Positions 42,853-55,563 of a stretch of DNA of 64,000 nucleotides are shown piece by piece (position 1 is the first letter of the stretch; each line of letters starts with the position of its first letter). Location of the stretch: assembly GCA_965224485.1 (NCBI GenBank), contig CBDCZH010000023.1:64001-128000 (forward strand). The letters run 5' to 3'. The notes under the pieces are model-generated. The model saw only the letters and a list, made by a program, of their open reading frames with translations, did no database searches and was not told the DNA's origin. The position numbers were made by a program, and so were the translations under genes. This DNA is from Arcobacteraceae bacterium (lineage in GTDB: Bacteria; Campylobacterota; Campylobacteria; Campylobacterales; Arcobacteraceae).

Positions 42853-43203
42853 TTAAAGAATCATCTGAATATGAAGTAATTTAGCTACCTATGCTGCCTA
42901 AAATTACTTCACTCTTTATCTTTTACTATGCAAAGTTATTTCTCACGCTATTTTCAAACAAGACACATAATAAATTTTTAATATACTGGACGTTGTATAT
43001 TCTTTTAAAAAAAGAATCAAAAGGATTTCGTATAGTCATAATTAACTATGATGAAGAATTATAGTTAAGATATTTATTATAAATACAATTTATGCCCAAA
43101 ATCCTGCCCAAATATAATTAAAAGAATATATATATAATATTAATTTATTATTTTATAGTGGCTAAAGTAGTGATTTTACGGGAATTGCAAAGTTAAATGC
43201 ATT

Positions 43204-43227
43204 TTCATAATATACCCGTACTTGCAT
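43204..43227 (-). pseudogene. Right att copy with the displaced native ybgC start (MQVRVYYE)
   Basis: ATG CAA GTA CGG GTA TAT TAT GAA, preceded by RBS AGGGGG. Confidence 0.8.
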
Positions 43228-43698
43228 CTTTAAACCCCCTATTTATTGTACTTCTAAAAAAATTTATTATTAATTTTAAAATGCTTTGCATTTTAACAAC
43301 TTCATATTATAGTAACTCAAAGAAACTATATATCTGTGTCTTATCTTAGATGGTACACAATACAATATTTAGTTATATTTTTATTAAGTAGTATATCCCT
43401 TATTGTATCTTGATTTTACAAAATAAAATATTGAGATATAAAAGCTATATAGTCAAAAAGATATCTTTTATTTTATATCTAAATATCTATAATTAAGTAT
43501 ATTTTCATTCTTCTTTCTTAAACTATTTAACTTAAGTTTAGTTAGAGATTGATAATCTTATATGAAAATGAAATAATTAAGAGGGAGATAAGAAAAGAAG
43601 AGTATAAAATTAAACTTTTATTCCCGTTAAAAGAAGTAATAGATTAAATCTATCCTCATTTTTTTAAGTTATGTATAAATAAATCAAAATAATTATTG

Positions 43699-44348
43699 TT
43701 AAATTTTTAGATTTAAGGAATAGCCCAGTCCTTTGACAATTTTGATAGACTTTTCTGGTATTTTTTTTCTTAATCTCTTAACTAAAGCTCTAATATTCAT
43801 TAAAGTAGTAGGTTCACCTTCCCAAACATATTCTTCTATCTCTTCAAAAGAGAAAACCCTATGTATATCTTTTGCTAATAATTCTAGAAATAATATTTCT
43901 TTTTTGGCTAGATTTATATCATTACCATTTTTAGATAAATAGTGTTTAAGAAATAATCAAAATAAACACCATCCCCTAAATCTAATATCTTAATTTCACA
44001 ATAACACAATTTTTTAACTTTATGAATAAGTTCATACATAAAAAATGGTTTCTTCAAGTAATCATTACAACCTATTTCATAAGACAACTTAATTTTTTCA
44101 TATTCATAATTTGAGCTAATAATAATTACAGGTATATCTTTATGATACATACGAATAGTTTCTAATATTGAGATTCCATCTAAAGAAGGAACATTAATAT
44201 CTAAAATATAACATTCATAGCCATCTGATATAGCACCTAAAGCTTCTTCTCCATCACAAAAAGTATCTACTTTATAACTCTCTTTAGTAAGTGAGTTTTT
44301 AATTAGATTACATAATCTTGTATTATCTTCAAGTACTAATATTTTCAT
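43699..44348 (-). CDS. OmpR-family response regulator (frameshift near 43930)
   Basis: MKILVLEDN, ILDINVP and YLKKPF; the wHTH part (IRALVKRLRKK..VKGLGY) lies in another frame. Confidence 0.9.
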
Positions 44349-46543
44349 TTTCTACATCCAATCTAATATTAAATTTTGTTCCAAAGGGTATGTTTTTTAC
44401 AGAAATAATTCCATTCATTTTATCTTCTATAATAAGTTTTGCCATATAAAGACCTATTCCATGTCCATTTTTTTTTGTTGTAAAATATGGATTAAATATT
44501 TTTGATATATACTTAAAGGGAATTCCTCCTCCATTATCTTCAATATCAAGTTCTAGATATTTATTGACATTCTTTATGTTGATACGAATTAAACCTTTTC
44601 CCCCCTTTCTTTTTATTCTTTATTATCGCATCTTTTGCATTATTAACAATATTTAATAATATTTGCATTAACTCATTTTTATAACCCCAAACCATTAAAT
44701 TTGTATTTTCTTCTACTGTAATATTTACATCAATATAATTAAATTTAATATTATGTTCAATGATTGACATCATTCTGTAAACTGCTTCACTTATATCAAA
44801 TCTAATTTTCTTTGAAGAAGGCATTATAAACTCTTGAAAGTTACTTATTGTTTCAGTCATATATTTAACTTGAATCATAGTATCATTAACATATTTTGAT
44901 TTTTTTTCATCCCCATTCTCATTATATAATTGCTCTTGTGCAATTGTTGCAATCTCAACTAAAGGAGATTTCCACTGATGAGCTATGGATGAAAATATTT
45001 CTCCAATTTCTGCTAATTTTGATTGTTGAATTATAAACTCTTGATGTTTTATTTTCTCTCTTAACGCAAATCTTTCTTTTGTTATATCTGTAAAAATAGT
45101 TACCGTACCACTGCTTTTATAAACATCTTCTGTATATTTCGTCTGATTAATAAGGTATATCTGTTCTTTATTGTCTGTATTTTTTAGTGTTACTTCATTA
45201 TTTTCTAAAGTATTATTTACAAACTTTTTTAAGGCATCTACTAAAGAGTTTGCATTCGTAATCTTTTTAAGATAATCTTTTAGAGTTTTCCCTTTTATTT
45301 TAGGACAAGGAAGTTCCATCAAATTACAGAATCTAGAGTTTGAATCTACAATCCTACCTGTATCATCTTGCCATACAATTGGCGATTCAATTGCATCTAA
45401 GAGAACTTTATCAAATTCCATTCTTTGTTTTAATAACTTTGCGCTTTTAATACGTAAATAAATGTTATGAATTAAACCTGCAATTAAGAATAATAGAAAT
45501 GGAGAAATTAGAAAAACAGAATCAATTAATTTTCTATGTTTATTAAAGAAAGTTTCTGGTGAATTTACATATTCTGTTTTAAAATTTAGATTTTCTATAT
45601 TAAGTTTAAAGTTATGTAGCTTTTTATAATCAAAAATATATTTATAAATATCAAAAGTCTTTACAAAAGGTACTTTTATCTTGCCATTTATAATAGATAA
45701 AATATTTTTACCTGTATAAATACCTAACTTCTCTATTGGAACTAATTTCCCACCAGTTGAGCCTTTATTTAAAAAAAGTGTATCTGTAGTAAAAACAGGT
45801 ATTGCACTATTATCAATCAATTCTGCAATTTCACTATTTCTATATAACTTGCCATATTTGTTATTATAAAATCGAATAAAAAAAACAGCTTCATTTGCTC
45901 TTTTTTTACTAAACTTTTCTTTTAACTCTAAAATTGTTGAAGACCTTATATAATTTACTTCAACTTTACTATTAATTTTATTAATTGTATTTTTTATAAA
46001 AATATCGGAATCATCACCATTTTCACTATTATCATTAATTATATATAGTTTCTTTAATTTTGGTATTAATTTTAAAATTATTTCTGAAATTTCTAGGATA
46101 GCTCTTTTCTCAAGTATTACTGAAACCTTATTTTGCAAATTGTATTTTTTTACTTCCTTTATTGAAAATTGTTCCGCTCCAACTGAAAGTATAAGCTCAT
46201 TTGTAAAAATTTCAGAGTAATTTTTTAAAATAAAGTCATAAGCAAACTTATCAACAGCAACAACAAGGTCATATTTTTCTTTTTCTAATTGTAGTTTATA
46301 AAGATCTTTTAATTCTTTATAATATTTTTCTGATGAGATTCTTTTAGAATCCATATATAAAATTTTTGAGTTAATATTACTTGAATATATTACTTTTTCA
46401 ATTCCTTTAATTACATCATCACTCCATTGAAAACCTCTATGATATGAATTAATTATTAGAATATTTTTACTTGTTGCAGCAAATGAATTAATACTAAAAA
46501 GTAAAAGTAAAAAAAGTGTTAAAAAGTTTATATAAGCTCTCAT
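44329..46543 (-). CDS. Sensor histidine kinase with a periplasmic ABC-SBP-like domain and PAS (frameshift near 44600)
   Basis: INSYHRGFQWS periplasmic domain, TM, PAS, H-box IAHQWKSPL and N-box NNAKDA. DNGGGI/GHGIGL lie in the shifted frame. Confidence 0.88.
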
Positions 46544-46582
46544 AAAGTTCTCCTAAAAATAAAATTATATCCAATAGAATAA

Positions 46583-46609
46583 AAAAAGAGAGTAAAAACT
46601 CTCCTTTTT
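46583..46609 (-). terminator. Rho-independent terminator of the asparaginase gene
   Basis: GAGAGT-AAAA-ACTCTC stem flanked by A/T tracts. Confidence 0.6.
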
Positions 46610-46613
46610 ACTC

Positions 46614-47666
<1,053 letters not shown>

Positions 47667-47723
47667 TCATCCTTTTATAAGTGCTTTAAGAACAAAAGTC
47701 ACTCAAAGCACTTATCTTTGTCA

Positions 47724-49025
47724 TTACAAAACAATACCTGCTAACATAAATCCAAAAACAACACTAAGTGTAATTGCAATTACACCTGGAATCATAAAAG
47801 GATGATTAAATACGTATTTACCAATTCTTGTACTTCCTGTATCATCCATTTCAACTGCTGCTAATAGAGTTGGGTATGTTGGTAATACAAATAATGCACT
47901 TACAGCTGCAAAAGAAGCAATTGCTGTTACTGGATCTACTCCTAAAGATAGTGCTGCTGGAATAAGAGCTTTTGTAGTTGCTCCTTGAGAATAAAGTAAC
48001 ATACTTGCAAAAAATAGTGTTACTGCTAACATCCAAGGATATTTACCTAGAACATCTCCTGCAATACCTTTAATTTCAGCAAGATGAGCTTCAACAAAAG
48101 TAGTTCCTAACCAAGCAACTCCTAGTACACAAATACAAGCACTCATACCTGATTTAAATGTAGAAGAGTTAATTATTTTAGAAGTGTCAGTTTTAGTAAA
48201 ATATGTAATCGCTGTTGCACAAGCTAACATAAAAACCATAATTGCAGCATTTCTTGGCAATGAGGGGTCTACGATAATTGCTACTTTTTTAGATATTAAA
48301 GTAGCATAGGTTACAACAGAAAAAATAGTAAATATGAAAATTCCAACTGATAGTTTTGCACCTTTTTTAATCTCAACATTTGACTCGCCTCTTAATTTAA
48401 TTTGTCCTTTAGCTAGTCTATCTTGATACACTTCATCATCAACTAAATCTTTTCCAAGAAAATTACTTACAAATGCAGTAATCATACAAGCTGCAAAAGT
48501 CGTAGGAATAGTAATTGCTAATAATTCAATATATCCCACCCCTAGTGGCTCTAATGCTCCACTCATAAATACAACAGCTGCTGAAATTGGTGAAGCAGTA
48601 ATAGCAATTTGAGAAGCAACAACAGCAATACCTAAAGGTCTTGAAGGTCTAATTCCTTGCTCTTTTGCAACTTCTGCAATAACTGGAAGTGTTGAGTATG
48701 CTGTATGTCCAGTACCTGCTAAGAGTGTCATAAAATAAGTAATAGCAGGTGCTAAGTATGTAATATGCTTAGGATTTTTTCTTAAGATTTTTTCTGCTAT
48801 TTTTACCATATAGTCTAAACCACCAGCAGTTTGCATAGCAGCAACTGCTGCAATAACTGCCATAATAATTAAAATTACATCAATAGGAATACTTCCAGGA
48901 CTCATACCAAAACCTAAAGTTAAGATAAGTACACCAAGTCCACCAGCAAAACCAATTCCTATTCCACCCATTCTTGCACCTAAAAATATACAAGCCAATA
49001 CAACAATTATTTCTAAACTTAACAT
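47724..49025 (-). CDS. dcuA: Anaerobic C4-dicarboxylate/aspartate transporter
   Basis: LGAR.GGIGIGFAGGLG and MDDTGSTRIGKYVFNHPF; 433 aa; follows aspA. Confidence 0.92.
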   Translation of the reverse strand: MLSLEIIVVLACIFLGARMGGIGIGFAGGLGVLILTLGFGMSPGSIPIDVILIIMAVIAAVAAMQTAGGLDYMVKIAEKILRKNPKHITYLAPAITYFMTLLAGTGHTAYSTLPVIAEVAKEQGIRPSRPLGIAVVASQIAITASPISAAVVFMSGALEPLGVGYIELLAITIPTTFAACMITAFVSNFLGKDLVDDEVYQDRLAKGQIKLRGESNVEIKKGAKLSVGIFIFTIFSVVTYATLISKKVAIIVDPSLPRNAAIMVFMLACATAITYFTKTDTSKIINSSTFKSGMSACICVLGVAWLGTTFVEAHLAEIKGIAGDVLGKYPWMLAVTLFFASMLLYSQGATTKALIPAALSLGVDPVTAIASFAAVSALFVLPTYPTLLAAVEMDDTGSTRIGKYVFNHPFMIPGVIAITLSVVFGFMLAGIVL

Positions 49026-49054
49026 TATTTCTCCTTTTTATTTAAATAAATTTA

Positions 49055-50467
49055 TTATTTTTTACAAACCATTCTTGGTTTAATCATATTTTCTGGTTTA
49101 ATTAATTCATCAAGCTCTTCTTTTGTTAAAAGCTCTCTTTCTAAAACTATTTCATATACTGATTTTTTAGTTTCTAGTGCTTCTTTTGCAACAGAAGTAG
49201 AATTTTCATATCCTATTGTTGGATTTAAAGCTGTTACTAACCCAATGCTATTTAGAACTAATTCTTTACAATGCTCTTTATTAGCAGTTATTCCATCAAT
49301 ACATTTATAAGCTAATGTTTCAAATGCACTTCTCATCATATTGATTGAATTAAATAAGTTATATGCAATTACTGGTTCAAATACATTAAGCTGTAATTGT
49401 CCTCCCTCACTAGCTAAAGTAATAGTTAAATCTGCTCCAATTACTTGAAATGCAACTTGATTTACAACTTCAGGAATAACAGGGTTTACTTTTCCTGGCA
49501 TAATTGAAGAACCAGGTTGAACTGCAGGAAGATTAATTTCATTAAACCCAGCTCTAGGACCACTACTTAATAGTCTTAAATCATTACAAATTTTGGAAAT
49601 TTTCGTAGCTACTCTTTTTAGAACACCAGATATTTGAACATAATCTCCTGTATCTTGAGTTGCTTCAACTAAATCTTTTGCTGTTACAAATGGTCTTCCC
49701 GTTACATCTTGAAGTTTTTTCTCAACTAAACAAGCATAATCAGGATGAGAGTTAATTCCTGTTCCAATTGCAGTTGCCCCTAAATTCATCACTCTTAATA
49801 ATTGTTGAGCTTCTATTAATCTTTGTATATCTTCATCTATCATAGTTACATAAGTATGAAATTCTTGACCTAGAGTCATAGGAACTGCATCTTGGAGTTG
49901 AGTTCTTCCCATTTTTATTACATCATTAAACTCAGCAGATTTTTTTACAAAACTTTTTTTCAAAACTTTCATTGCTTCCATTAACTCATAAATTTTTTCA
50001 AAAAGTGCTATTCTTAATCCAGTAGGATATGAATCATTAGTTGATTGTGATAAATTAACATCATTATTTGGATGTAAATATTTATATTCACCTTTCTCAT
50101 GTCCTAATATTTCTAAACCTCTATTTGCAATTACTTCATTTATATTCATATTAACAGATGTTCCAGCTCCTCCTTGAATCATATCAACAATGAATTCATC
50201 ATGAAGTTCACCTGCTATTATTTCATCACACGCTTCACAAATAGCATTTTTCTTAGCTTCTGCTAATAACTCTAAATCATAGTTTGCTAAAGCAACTGCT
50301 TTTTTTACTTTTGCTAATGAAGTAATAAATGTAGGAAACATGGAAAGAGATACTCCTGTTATATTAAAGTTTTCTTTTGCTCTTAAACTTTGTACTCCAT
50401 AATACGCATCTTTTGGTATTTCTCTATCACCTATTAAATCATGTTCCATTCTTTGTGTCATTATCAA
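49055..50467 (-). CDS. aspA: Aspartate ammonia-lyase
   Basis: YYGVQSLRA.ENF, QGGAGTS.NMN, KMGRTQLQDA and GSSIMPGKVNP. Confidence 0.95.
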   Translation of the reverse strand: MIMTQRMEHDLIGDREIPKDAYYGVQSLRAKENFNITGVSLSMFPTFITSLAKVKKAVALANYDLELLAEAKKNAICEACDEIIAGELHDEFIVDMIQGGAGTSVNMNINEVIANRGLEILGHEKGEYKYLHPNNDVNLSQSTNDSYPTGLRIALFEKIYELMEAMKVLKKSFVKKSAEFNDVIKMGRTQLQDAVPMTLGQEFHTYVTMIDEDIQRLIEAQQLLRVMNLGATAIGTGINSHPDYACLVEKKLQDVTGRPFVTAKDLVEATQDTGDYVQISGVLKRVATKISKICNDLRLLSSGPRAGFNEINLPAVQPGSSIMPGKVNPVIPEVVNQVAFQVIGADLTITLASEGGQLQLNVFEPVIAYNLFNSINMMRSAFETLAYKCIDGITANKEHCKELVLNSIGLVTALNPTIGYENSTSVAKEALETKKSVYEIVLERELLTKEELDELIKPENMIKPRMVCKK

Positions 50468-50532
50468 TCCTTTTAATTTAGAATTAAACTTAAAATAAAA
50501 TTATTTATATAGTTTAATCTTTTCGATTAATA

Positions 50533-50573
50533 AAGTTTATAACTTGAAAATGAACTAAAAGTGATGTTTTTAT
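50533..50573 (-). promoter_or_regulatory. Promoter motif shared with the frdC upstream region
   Basis: AAGTTTAT-N7-AAATGAACTAAAAGTGATGTTTT aligns without gaps to 54214-54251. Confidence 0.55.
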
Positions 50574-50640
50574 GATTTTAAAAAGAATTTTGAAATTTGT
50601 GAATAAATATTCATATAAAAAGTAAAAAGAATTAATTTAA

Positions 50641-50666
50641 AAGCCCCAAAGAAGTCTTTGAGGCTT
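50641..50666 (-). terminator. Terminator of the frd operon
   Basis: AAGCCCCAAAGA / TCTTTGAGGCTT stem. Confidence 0.6.
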
Positions 50667-50700
50667 GATTTTACTTAAAAACAGGGTGATTTTTTAATTT

Positions 50701-51417
50701 TTATTTTACCGTCGCTAATTTCCTCCTCATATAAGATATTTTATTTTGTAGAGGTAAATGTTTAGGGCAAGTATCTTCACAAGCTAAAAGAGTCATACAA
50801 CCAAAAATACCATCATCATCTCCAACTAATTCATAATAGTCTTCATGAGTTCTTTCATCATGTGGGTCACATTCAAATCTAGCAACTCTATTTAATCCAA
50901 CTGCTCCAATAAAGTTCTCATTCATAAGTTTTGTTCCACAAGCTGCTACACAGCATCCACACTCAATACAACGATCAAGTTCAAATACTTCATCTGCAAC
51001 TTCAGGTTCAATTCTTTCCTCTAGATTAGATATATCAGTCTTTTTTGAAGTATGAATCCAAGACTCAACTCTTTTACTCATACCATCCATCCAAACACCA
51101 GTATTAACAGATAAATCTTTAATAAGTTTAAAAGTAGGCATTGGTAAAATCATAATCTCAGTAGGTAAGTCTTTAGTTAAAGTTCTACAAGCAAGTTTTG
51201 GTCTTCCATTAATCATCATAGAACAAGAACCACAAATACCAGCTCTACAAACAAAGTCAAAGCTTAAAGAAGGGTCAAGGCTTTCTCTTATTTTAGTTAA
51301 AGCTATATATATTGTCATACTATCTGTCTCTTTAATAATATAATCTTTAAAAGATGGTTTATCATTAATATCTTGTGGATTATATTTTAAAATTTTTACT
51401 GTTAATTGTCTTGACAT
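50701..51417 (-). CDS. frdB: Fumarate reductase iron-sulfur subunit
   Basis: [20 protein letters not shown] and [12 protein letters not shown]. Confidence 0.95.
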   Translation of the reverse strand: MSRQLTVKILKYNPQDINDKPSFKDYIIKETDSMTIYIALTKIRESLDPSLSFDFVCRAGICGSCSMMINGRPKLACRTLTKDLPTEIMILPMPTFKLIKDLSVNTGVWMDGMSKRVESWIHTSKKTDISNLEERIEPEVADEVFELDRCIECGCCVAACGTKLMNENFIGAVGLNRVARFECDPHDERTHEDYYELVGDDDGIFGCMTLLACEDTCPKHLPLQNKISYMRRKLATVK

Positions 51418-53399
51418 TATTTATCTCCTAGTCTAATATTTTTTCTTTTATACTCTTCTTGAAGTGTAAAGGGCATAAGTGCATCTTGAATGTTATATCT
51501 ATCTTGATCTTGTTCTTCCATTTTTTCTTCAATAGCATCAACTTCTTCTTGTCTTTTTGCACTTAAAGGATTTTCAATTAGATTCCCTTTAGCTCCATAC
51601 CCTCTAAAACCAGGTGGTATCTCCATTTTCATAATATCAAGTTCTTCATAATCAATAGTTGGCATAGTATCTCCCTCATTCCAAGAAGTCAGAGTTCTTT
51701 TTAACCACTTTTCATCATCTCTTTTTGGATAATCTTCTCTTGTATGAGCACCTCTACTCTCAGTTCTATCTAAGGCACCTTTAGCAACACAAAGTGCTAT
51801 TTTTAACATCATAGGAACTCGATATGCTTCTTCTAATTCAGGATTTACAAAAGAGTTTTTGTCTTGTATACTAATATTTTGTACATCTTTTAACAACTCT
51901 TCTAACTCTTTAACTGCAATTTCTAATCCCTTACCATCTCTAAAAATACCAACGTGTTTTTGCATTAAGACTTTCATTGCATTTTTAATAGTAAAAATAT
52001 TTTTATTACCTTTTAAATTAAGCAACTCTTTCATATAATTTTCTTGTTTACTTACTTGTTTATGTATTACAGAAGTTTTAATATCAAGATCATTATCTAT
52101 ACAATAATTTGCAAAATAATTCCCAACTATCATTCCAGCAACAACTGTTTCAGAAACACTATTTCCTCCCAGTCTATTAAAACCATGCATATCCCAACAA
52201 GCTGCTTCACCTGCTGAAAATAGACCTGCTAAGTTTTGAGATTCACCTGTTGGTTTTGTTCTAATTCCACCCATTGAATAATGTTGCATTGGATGAACCG
52301 GAGCCCATCCTTTTTTACCTTCATCAGCTGGATCTATTCCTGCAAAACCTTCACAAATTTCTTGAACATCTCTTAAGTTTTTCTCAATATGAGAACGTCC
52401 TAAAATAGAAATATCTAACCATAAATGTGTTCCATAAACAGAGTCAACACCTTTACCTTTTCTCATATGTTCCATCATTCGTCTTGAAACAACATCTCTT
52501 GAGGCTAAATCTTTTTTCTCAGGTTCATAATCTGGCATAAATCTATGTCCGTCTTTATCTCTTAAAACTCCACCATCACCTCTACATCCTTCTGTTAATA
52601 AAATTCCTGATGGGAAAAGTGGTGTTGGGTGAAATTGTACTGCTTCCATATTTCCAAGTTTTGCAATACCTGTTTCTAAAGCAATGGCTGTTCCAATTCC
52701 TTCACAAATAACTGCATTTGTTGTAATTTCATAAATTCTTCCATATCCCCCAGTTGCAATTAATGTTCCTTTTGCAACATAAGCTACTATTTCTCCCGTA
52801 ATTAAATCTCTTACAATTGCCCCATAACATCTATTTTTTTCATGAATAAGAGCTATTGCTTCTTTTCTATCTTCAATATTAACATCTAATTTTAAAGCTT
52901 CATTTGCTACTGCAAACAACATTGTATGTCCTGTTGCATCTGCTGTATAACAGGTTCTCCACTTTTTAGTTCCACCAAAATCTCTTGCTGTTATTAAGCC
53001 ATGTTTATCATCTGCTTCATGTATTGTTGTTTTTTTTGTATTGATTACTGCTTGATGATCACCTTTTTGTATTCTACTCCAAGGAACACCCCACGCAGCT
53101 AATTCTCTAATTGCTTTAGGCGCAGTTGTTACAAACATTCTTGCAACTTCTTGATCACAGCCCCAATCACTTCCTTTTACAGTATCACTAAAGTGAATAT
53201 CTTCATTATCACCTTCACTCATTTTTGCATTACCTAAAGAGGCTTGCATTCCACCTTGAGCTGCTGCACTGTGCGATCTTTTTACTGGTACTAAACTTAA
53301 AACTGTTGTACTTAATCCTTTTTGTGCAGCTGCTACTGCTGATCTAAGTCCTGCTAACCCACCACCTATTACTAATGCATCACAATATTTAATTTTCAT
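51417..53399 (-). CDS. frdA: Fumarate reductase flavoprotein
   Basis: [27 protein letters not shown] and [10 protein letters not shown]. Confidence 0.96.
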   Translation of the reverse strand: MKIKYCDALVIGGGLAGLRSAVAAAQKGLSTTVLSLVPVKRSHSAAAQGGMQASLGNAKMSEGDNEDIHFSDTVKGSDWGCDQEVARMFVTTAPKAIRELAAWGVPWSRIQKGDHQAVINTKKTTIHEADDKHGLITARDFGGTKKWRTCYTADATGHTMLFAVANEALKLDVNIEDRKEAIALIHEKNRCYGAIVRDLITGEIVAYVAKGTLIATGGYGRIYEITTNAVICEGIGTAIALETGIAKLGNMEAVQFHPTPLFPSGILLTEGCRGDGGVLRDKDGHRFMPDYEPEKKDLASRDVVSRRMMEHMRKGKGVDSVYGTHLWLDISILGRSHIEKNLRDVQEICEGFAGIDPADEGKKGWAPVHPMQHYSMGGIRTKPTGESQNLAGLFSAGEAACWDMHGFNRLGGNSVSETVVAGMIVGNYFANYCIDNDLDIKTSVIHKQVSKQENYMKELLNLKGNKNIFTIKNAMKVLMQKHVGIFRDGKGLEIAVKELEELLKDVQNISIQDKNSFVNPELEEAYRVPMMLKIALCVAKGALDRTESRGAHTREDYPKRDDEKWLKRTLTSWNEGDTMPTIDYEELDIMKMEIPPGFRGYGAKGNLIENPLSAKRQEEVDAIEEKMEEQDQDRYNIQDALMPFTLQEEYKRKNIRLGDK

Positions 53400-53409
53400 T
53401 ATTTAACCT

Positions 53410-54189
53410 TTACTTATATAACGTTTGATGCACTTGTGCATTATTAGGTACATATTTAACATTACCATCTTGTTCTAGTCCAATTTTTACATAAGCTAAT
53501 AATGTAATAAAACCTAAAATTAAGAAGAAGTAACTTATTATTTTTTTAATTTTTATTAGATTTTTTCTTGTTTGTTTTGGATTACTTCCATCAAACCATC
53601 CCCATTTCATTGCTGCTCTATATAATCCAACTGATCCATGTATCTCAACACTAATTAATAAAACTATATATAAAGCCCACATATATTCACTTGTTACTCT
53701 ATGTGCACTTGCATATGGTCCTATATTTTCAGGTTGTGTAAACATTATATATAGATGTATCATTGATAGAAACATCATTACTGCTCCACTAATCCATTGG
53801 AACATCCACATTGATGTATCACTATGTTTCATTAGTTTAGTATGTTCTTTTACTCTTAAGTATGTTCTGTAACTTGTTGGAAATTTTCGTACACCTAAAA
53901 TTGCATGTACTATAAATATACAGGTAATAAAAAATACTATAACACTAACAACTGCTGGTATTCCACCTTCAAATAAAAAATCAAGTTCAAATAATTTTGT
54001 AACTTTATACATTACATCTTCACCTAATAATATAGTTGATACAAATAACATATGTCCCATCATAAATAGTGCTAGTACTACTCCTGATGCTGTTAATAAT
54101 TTATCTAATTTTGCGGGTACTCTACTTTTCTTACCTTGAGAATCTATTCCCATATATGATTCTATTACTTTCTCCATCTTTGCCTCCAT
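53410..54189 (-). CDS. frdC: Fumarate reductase diheme cytochrome b
   Basis: KKSRVPAKLD, 5 TM segments with heme His, GLYR...KWGWF; Wolinella-type order frdCAB. Confidence 0.93.
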   Translation of the reverse strand: MEAKMEKVIESYMGIDSQGKKSRVPAKLDKLLTASGVVLALFMMGHMLFVSTILLGEDVMYKVTKLFELDFLFEGGIPAVVSVIVFFITCIFIVHAILGVRKFPTSYRTYLRVKEHTKLMKHSDTSMWMFQWISGAVMMFLSMIHLYIMFTQPENIGPYASAHRVTSEYMWALYIVLLISVEIHGSVGLYRAAMKWGWFDGSNPKQTRKNLIKIKKIISYFFLILGFITLLAYVKIGLEQDGNVKYVPNNAQVHQTLYK

Positions 54190-54213
54190 ATTAAATATAT
54201 TTTTTATTTGAAG

Positions 54214-54253
54214 AAGTTTATTCTTTTGAAATGACTTAAAAGTTATTTTTTAT
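54214..54253 (-). promoter_or_regulatory. Promoter motif shared with the aspA upstream region
   Basis: AAGTTTAT-N7-AAATGACTTAAAAGTTATTTTTT. Confidence 0.55.
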
Positions 54254-54445
54254 TAATTTATTAAAAAATATGAAATAGTTAAAATATGAGAAGAAAAGGT
54301 AATTAGTGGAATAATATGAGGTGAAAAAAGTAAGGAAATATTCTTTTGGTGCACTTTCTAAATCTTTTCTCATGTACTAAAACAGACCTTGATTATCATG
54401 AAAATTTTAAAACTAAAGTACAATCCAGAGAAATAGTATTAGAAT

Positions 54446-54484
54446 ATCTAGAAATACTGGGTTATCTTATTTGTATTTCTAGAT
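54446..54484 (-). terminator. 12-bp inverted repeat after ugpC
   Basis: ATCTAGAAATAC ... GTATTTCTAGAT. Confidence 0.45.
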
Positions 54485-54502
54485 TATTACCTCTAAATAA
54501 GA

Positions 54503-55555
54503 TTACTTAATTATTTTTTCACTAAGAAAAGAAAAGAAATAAAATTTATCAGGGTTTAAATAAATATCTATATTTTTTATATCAAATTCTATAAAAACAT
54601 TGCATTTGATTATTATTTGTGTATTTTCTATTTTTGTATATATTAAGCTTTCAGCTCCTAAATGTTCAATCATATCAATATATATATTTATCTTGATACT
54701 ATTTGTGAAATCTTTAAAAGAAATATCTTCTGCTTTAATACCTAAAAAGATTTTATTTTCATCTATTACATTCTTTAACATATGCGTTTTATTATCTATT
54801 TTAATACAATTATTTTCTACTTTTAATTCGATTATATTCATAGGAGGAGAACCCATAAATTTAGAAACAAATACCGTCTTTGGTTCTTTATATATTTCAG
54901 ATGGAGTACCAATTTGTTCAATAATACCGTTATTAATAAGTACAATCTTATCAGCCAACGTCATTGCTTCAACTTGATCATGAGTAACATAAATAGAAGT
55001 AATACCCAACTTGTCATGAAGCTTTCTAATTTCTATTCTCATTTTATGTCTTAATTTTGCATCTAAGTTTGATAAAGGTTCATCAAATAGAAAAATCTTG
55101 GGTTCTCTTATTATTGCTCTTCCCATTGCTACTCTTTGCTTTTGTCCACCACTTAACTCATTTGGTTTTCTTTTTAAAAGCTCTTCTATTTGAAGAATTT
55201 TAGATATATTTTTAACTTTTTCTAAAATTATCTCTTTATTTATTTTTCTATTTTTTAAACCATAAGATAAATTTTGTTCAACATTCATATGAGGATAAAG
55301 AGCATAGTTTTGAAAAACCATTGCTATATCTCTATCTGCTGGAGTAACATCGTTAATTAATTTATTTGAAAGAAATATATCACCTTTAGTAACTTCTTCT
55401 AATCCTGCAATCATACGAAGAAGAGATGATTTACCACAACCACTTGGTCCTACAATAACAACAAACTCACCTTTTTCTACATGAAGATTTATATTCTTAA
55501 TAATATTATTTTTGTTGTAAGTTTTTGAAATATTATTTAGTTCTAGATATGCCAT
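54503..55555 (-). CDS. ugpC: sn-glycerol-3-phosphate ABC ATP-binding protein
   Basis: [28 protein letters not shown] and [12 protein letters not shown]. Confidence 0.88.
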   Translation of the reverse strand: MAYLELNNISKTYNKNNIIKNINLHVEKGEFVVIVGPSGCGKSSLLRMIAGLEEVTKGDIFLSNKLINDVTPADRDIAMVFQNYALYPHMNVEQNLSYGLKNRKINKEIILEKVKNISKILQIEELLKRKPNELSGGQKQRVAMGRAIIREPKIFLFDEPLSNLDAKLRHKMRIEIRKLHDKLGITSIYVTHDQVEAMTLADKIVLINNGIIEQIGTPSEIYKEPKTVFVSKFMGSPPMNIIELKVENNCIKIDNKTHMLKNVIDENKIFLGIKAEDISFKDFTNSIKINIYIDMIEHLGAESLIYTKIENTQIIIKCNVFIEFDIKNIDIYLNPDKFYFFSFLSEKIIK

Positions 55556-55563
55556 TACTTTCC

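Larger units (their letters stand above)
38430..43220. mobile_element. Integrated rolling-circle element (integrase + HUH Rep) in the ybgC 5' end
   Basis: Direct repeat TTCATAATATACCCGTA at 38430-38446 and 43204-43220, enclosing int, xis-like, rep, ssb-like and RHH genes. Confidence 0.88.

Noticed and set aside
38494..43220. Complete inovirus prophage
   Set aside because: No Zot/pI ATPase, major coat or adsorption gene lies between the att sites.
43240..43690. Long AT-rich intergenic stretch as a possible ncRNA or array
   Set aside because: I could not find a regular repeat-spacer pattern, a convincing structure or an ORF.
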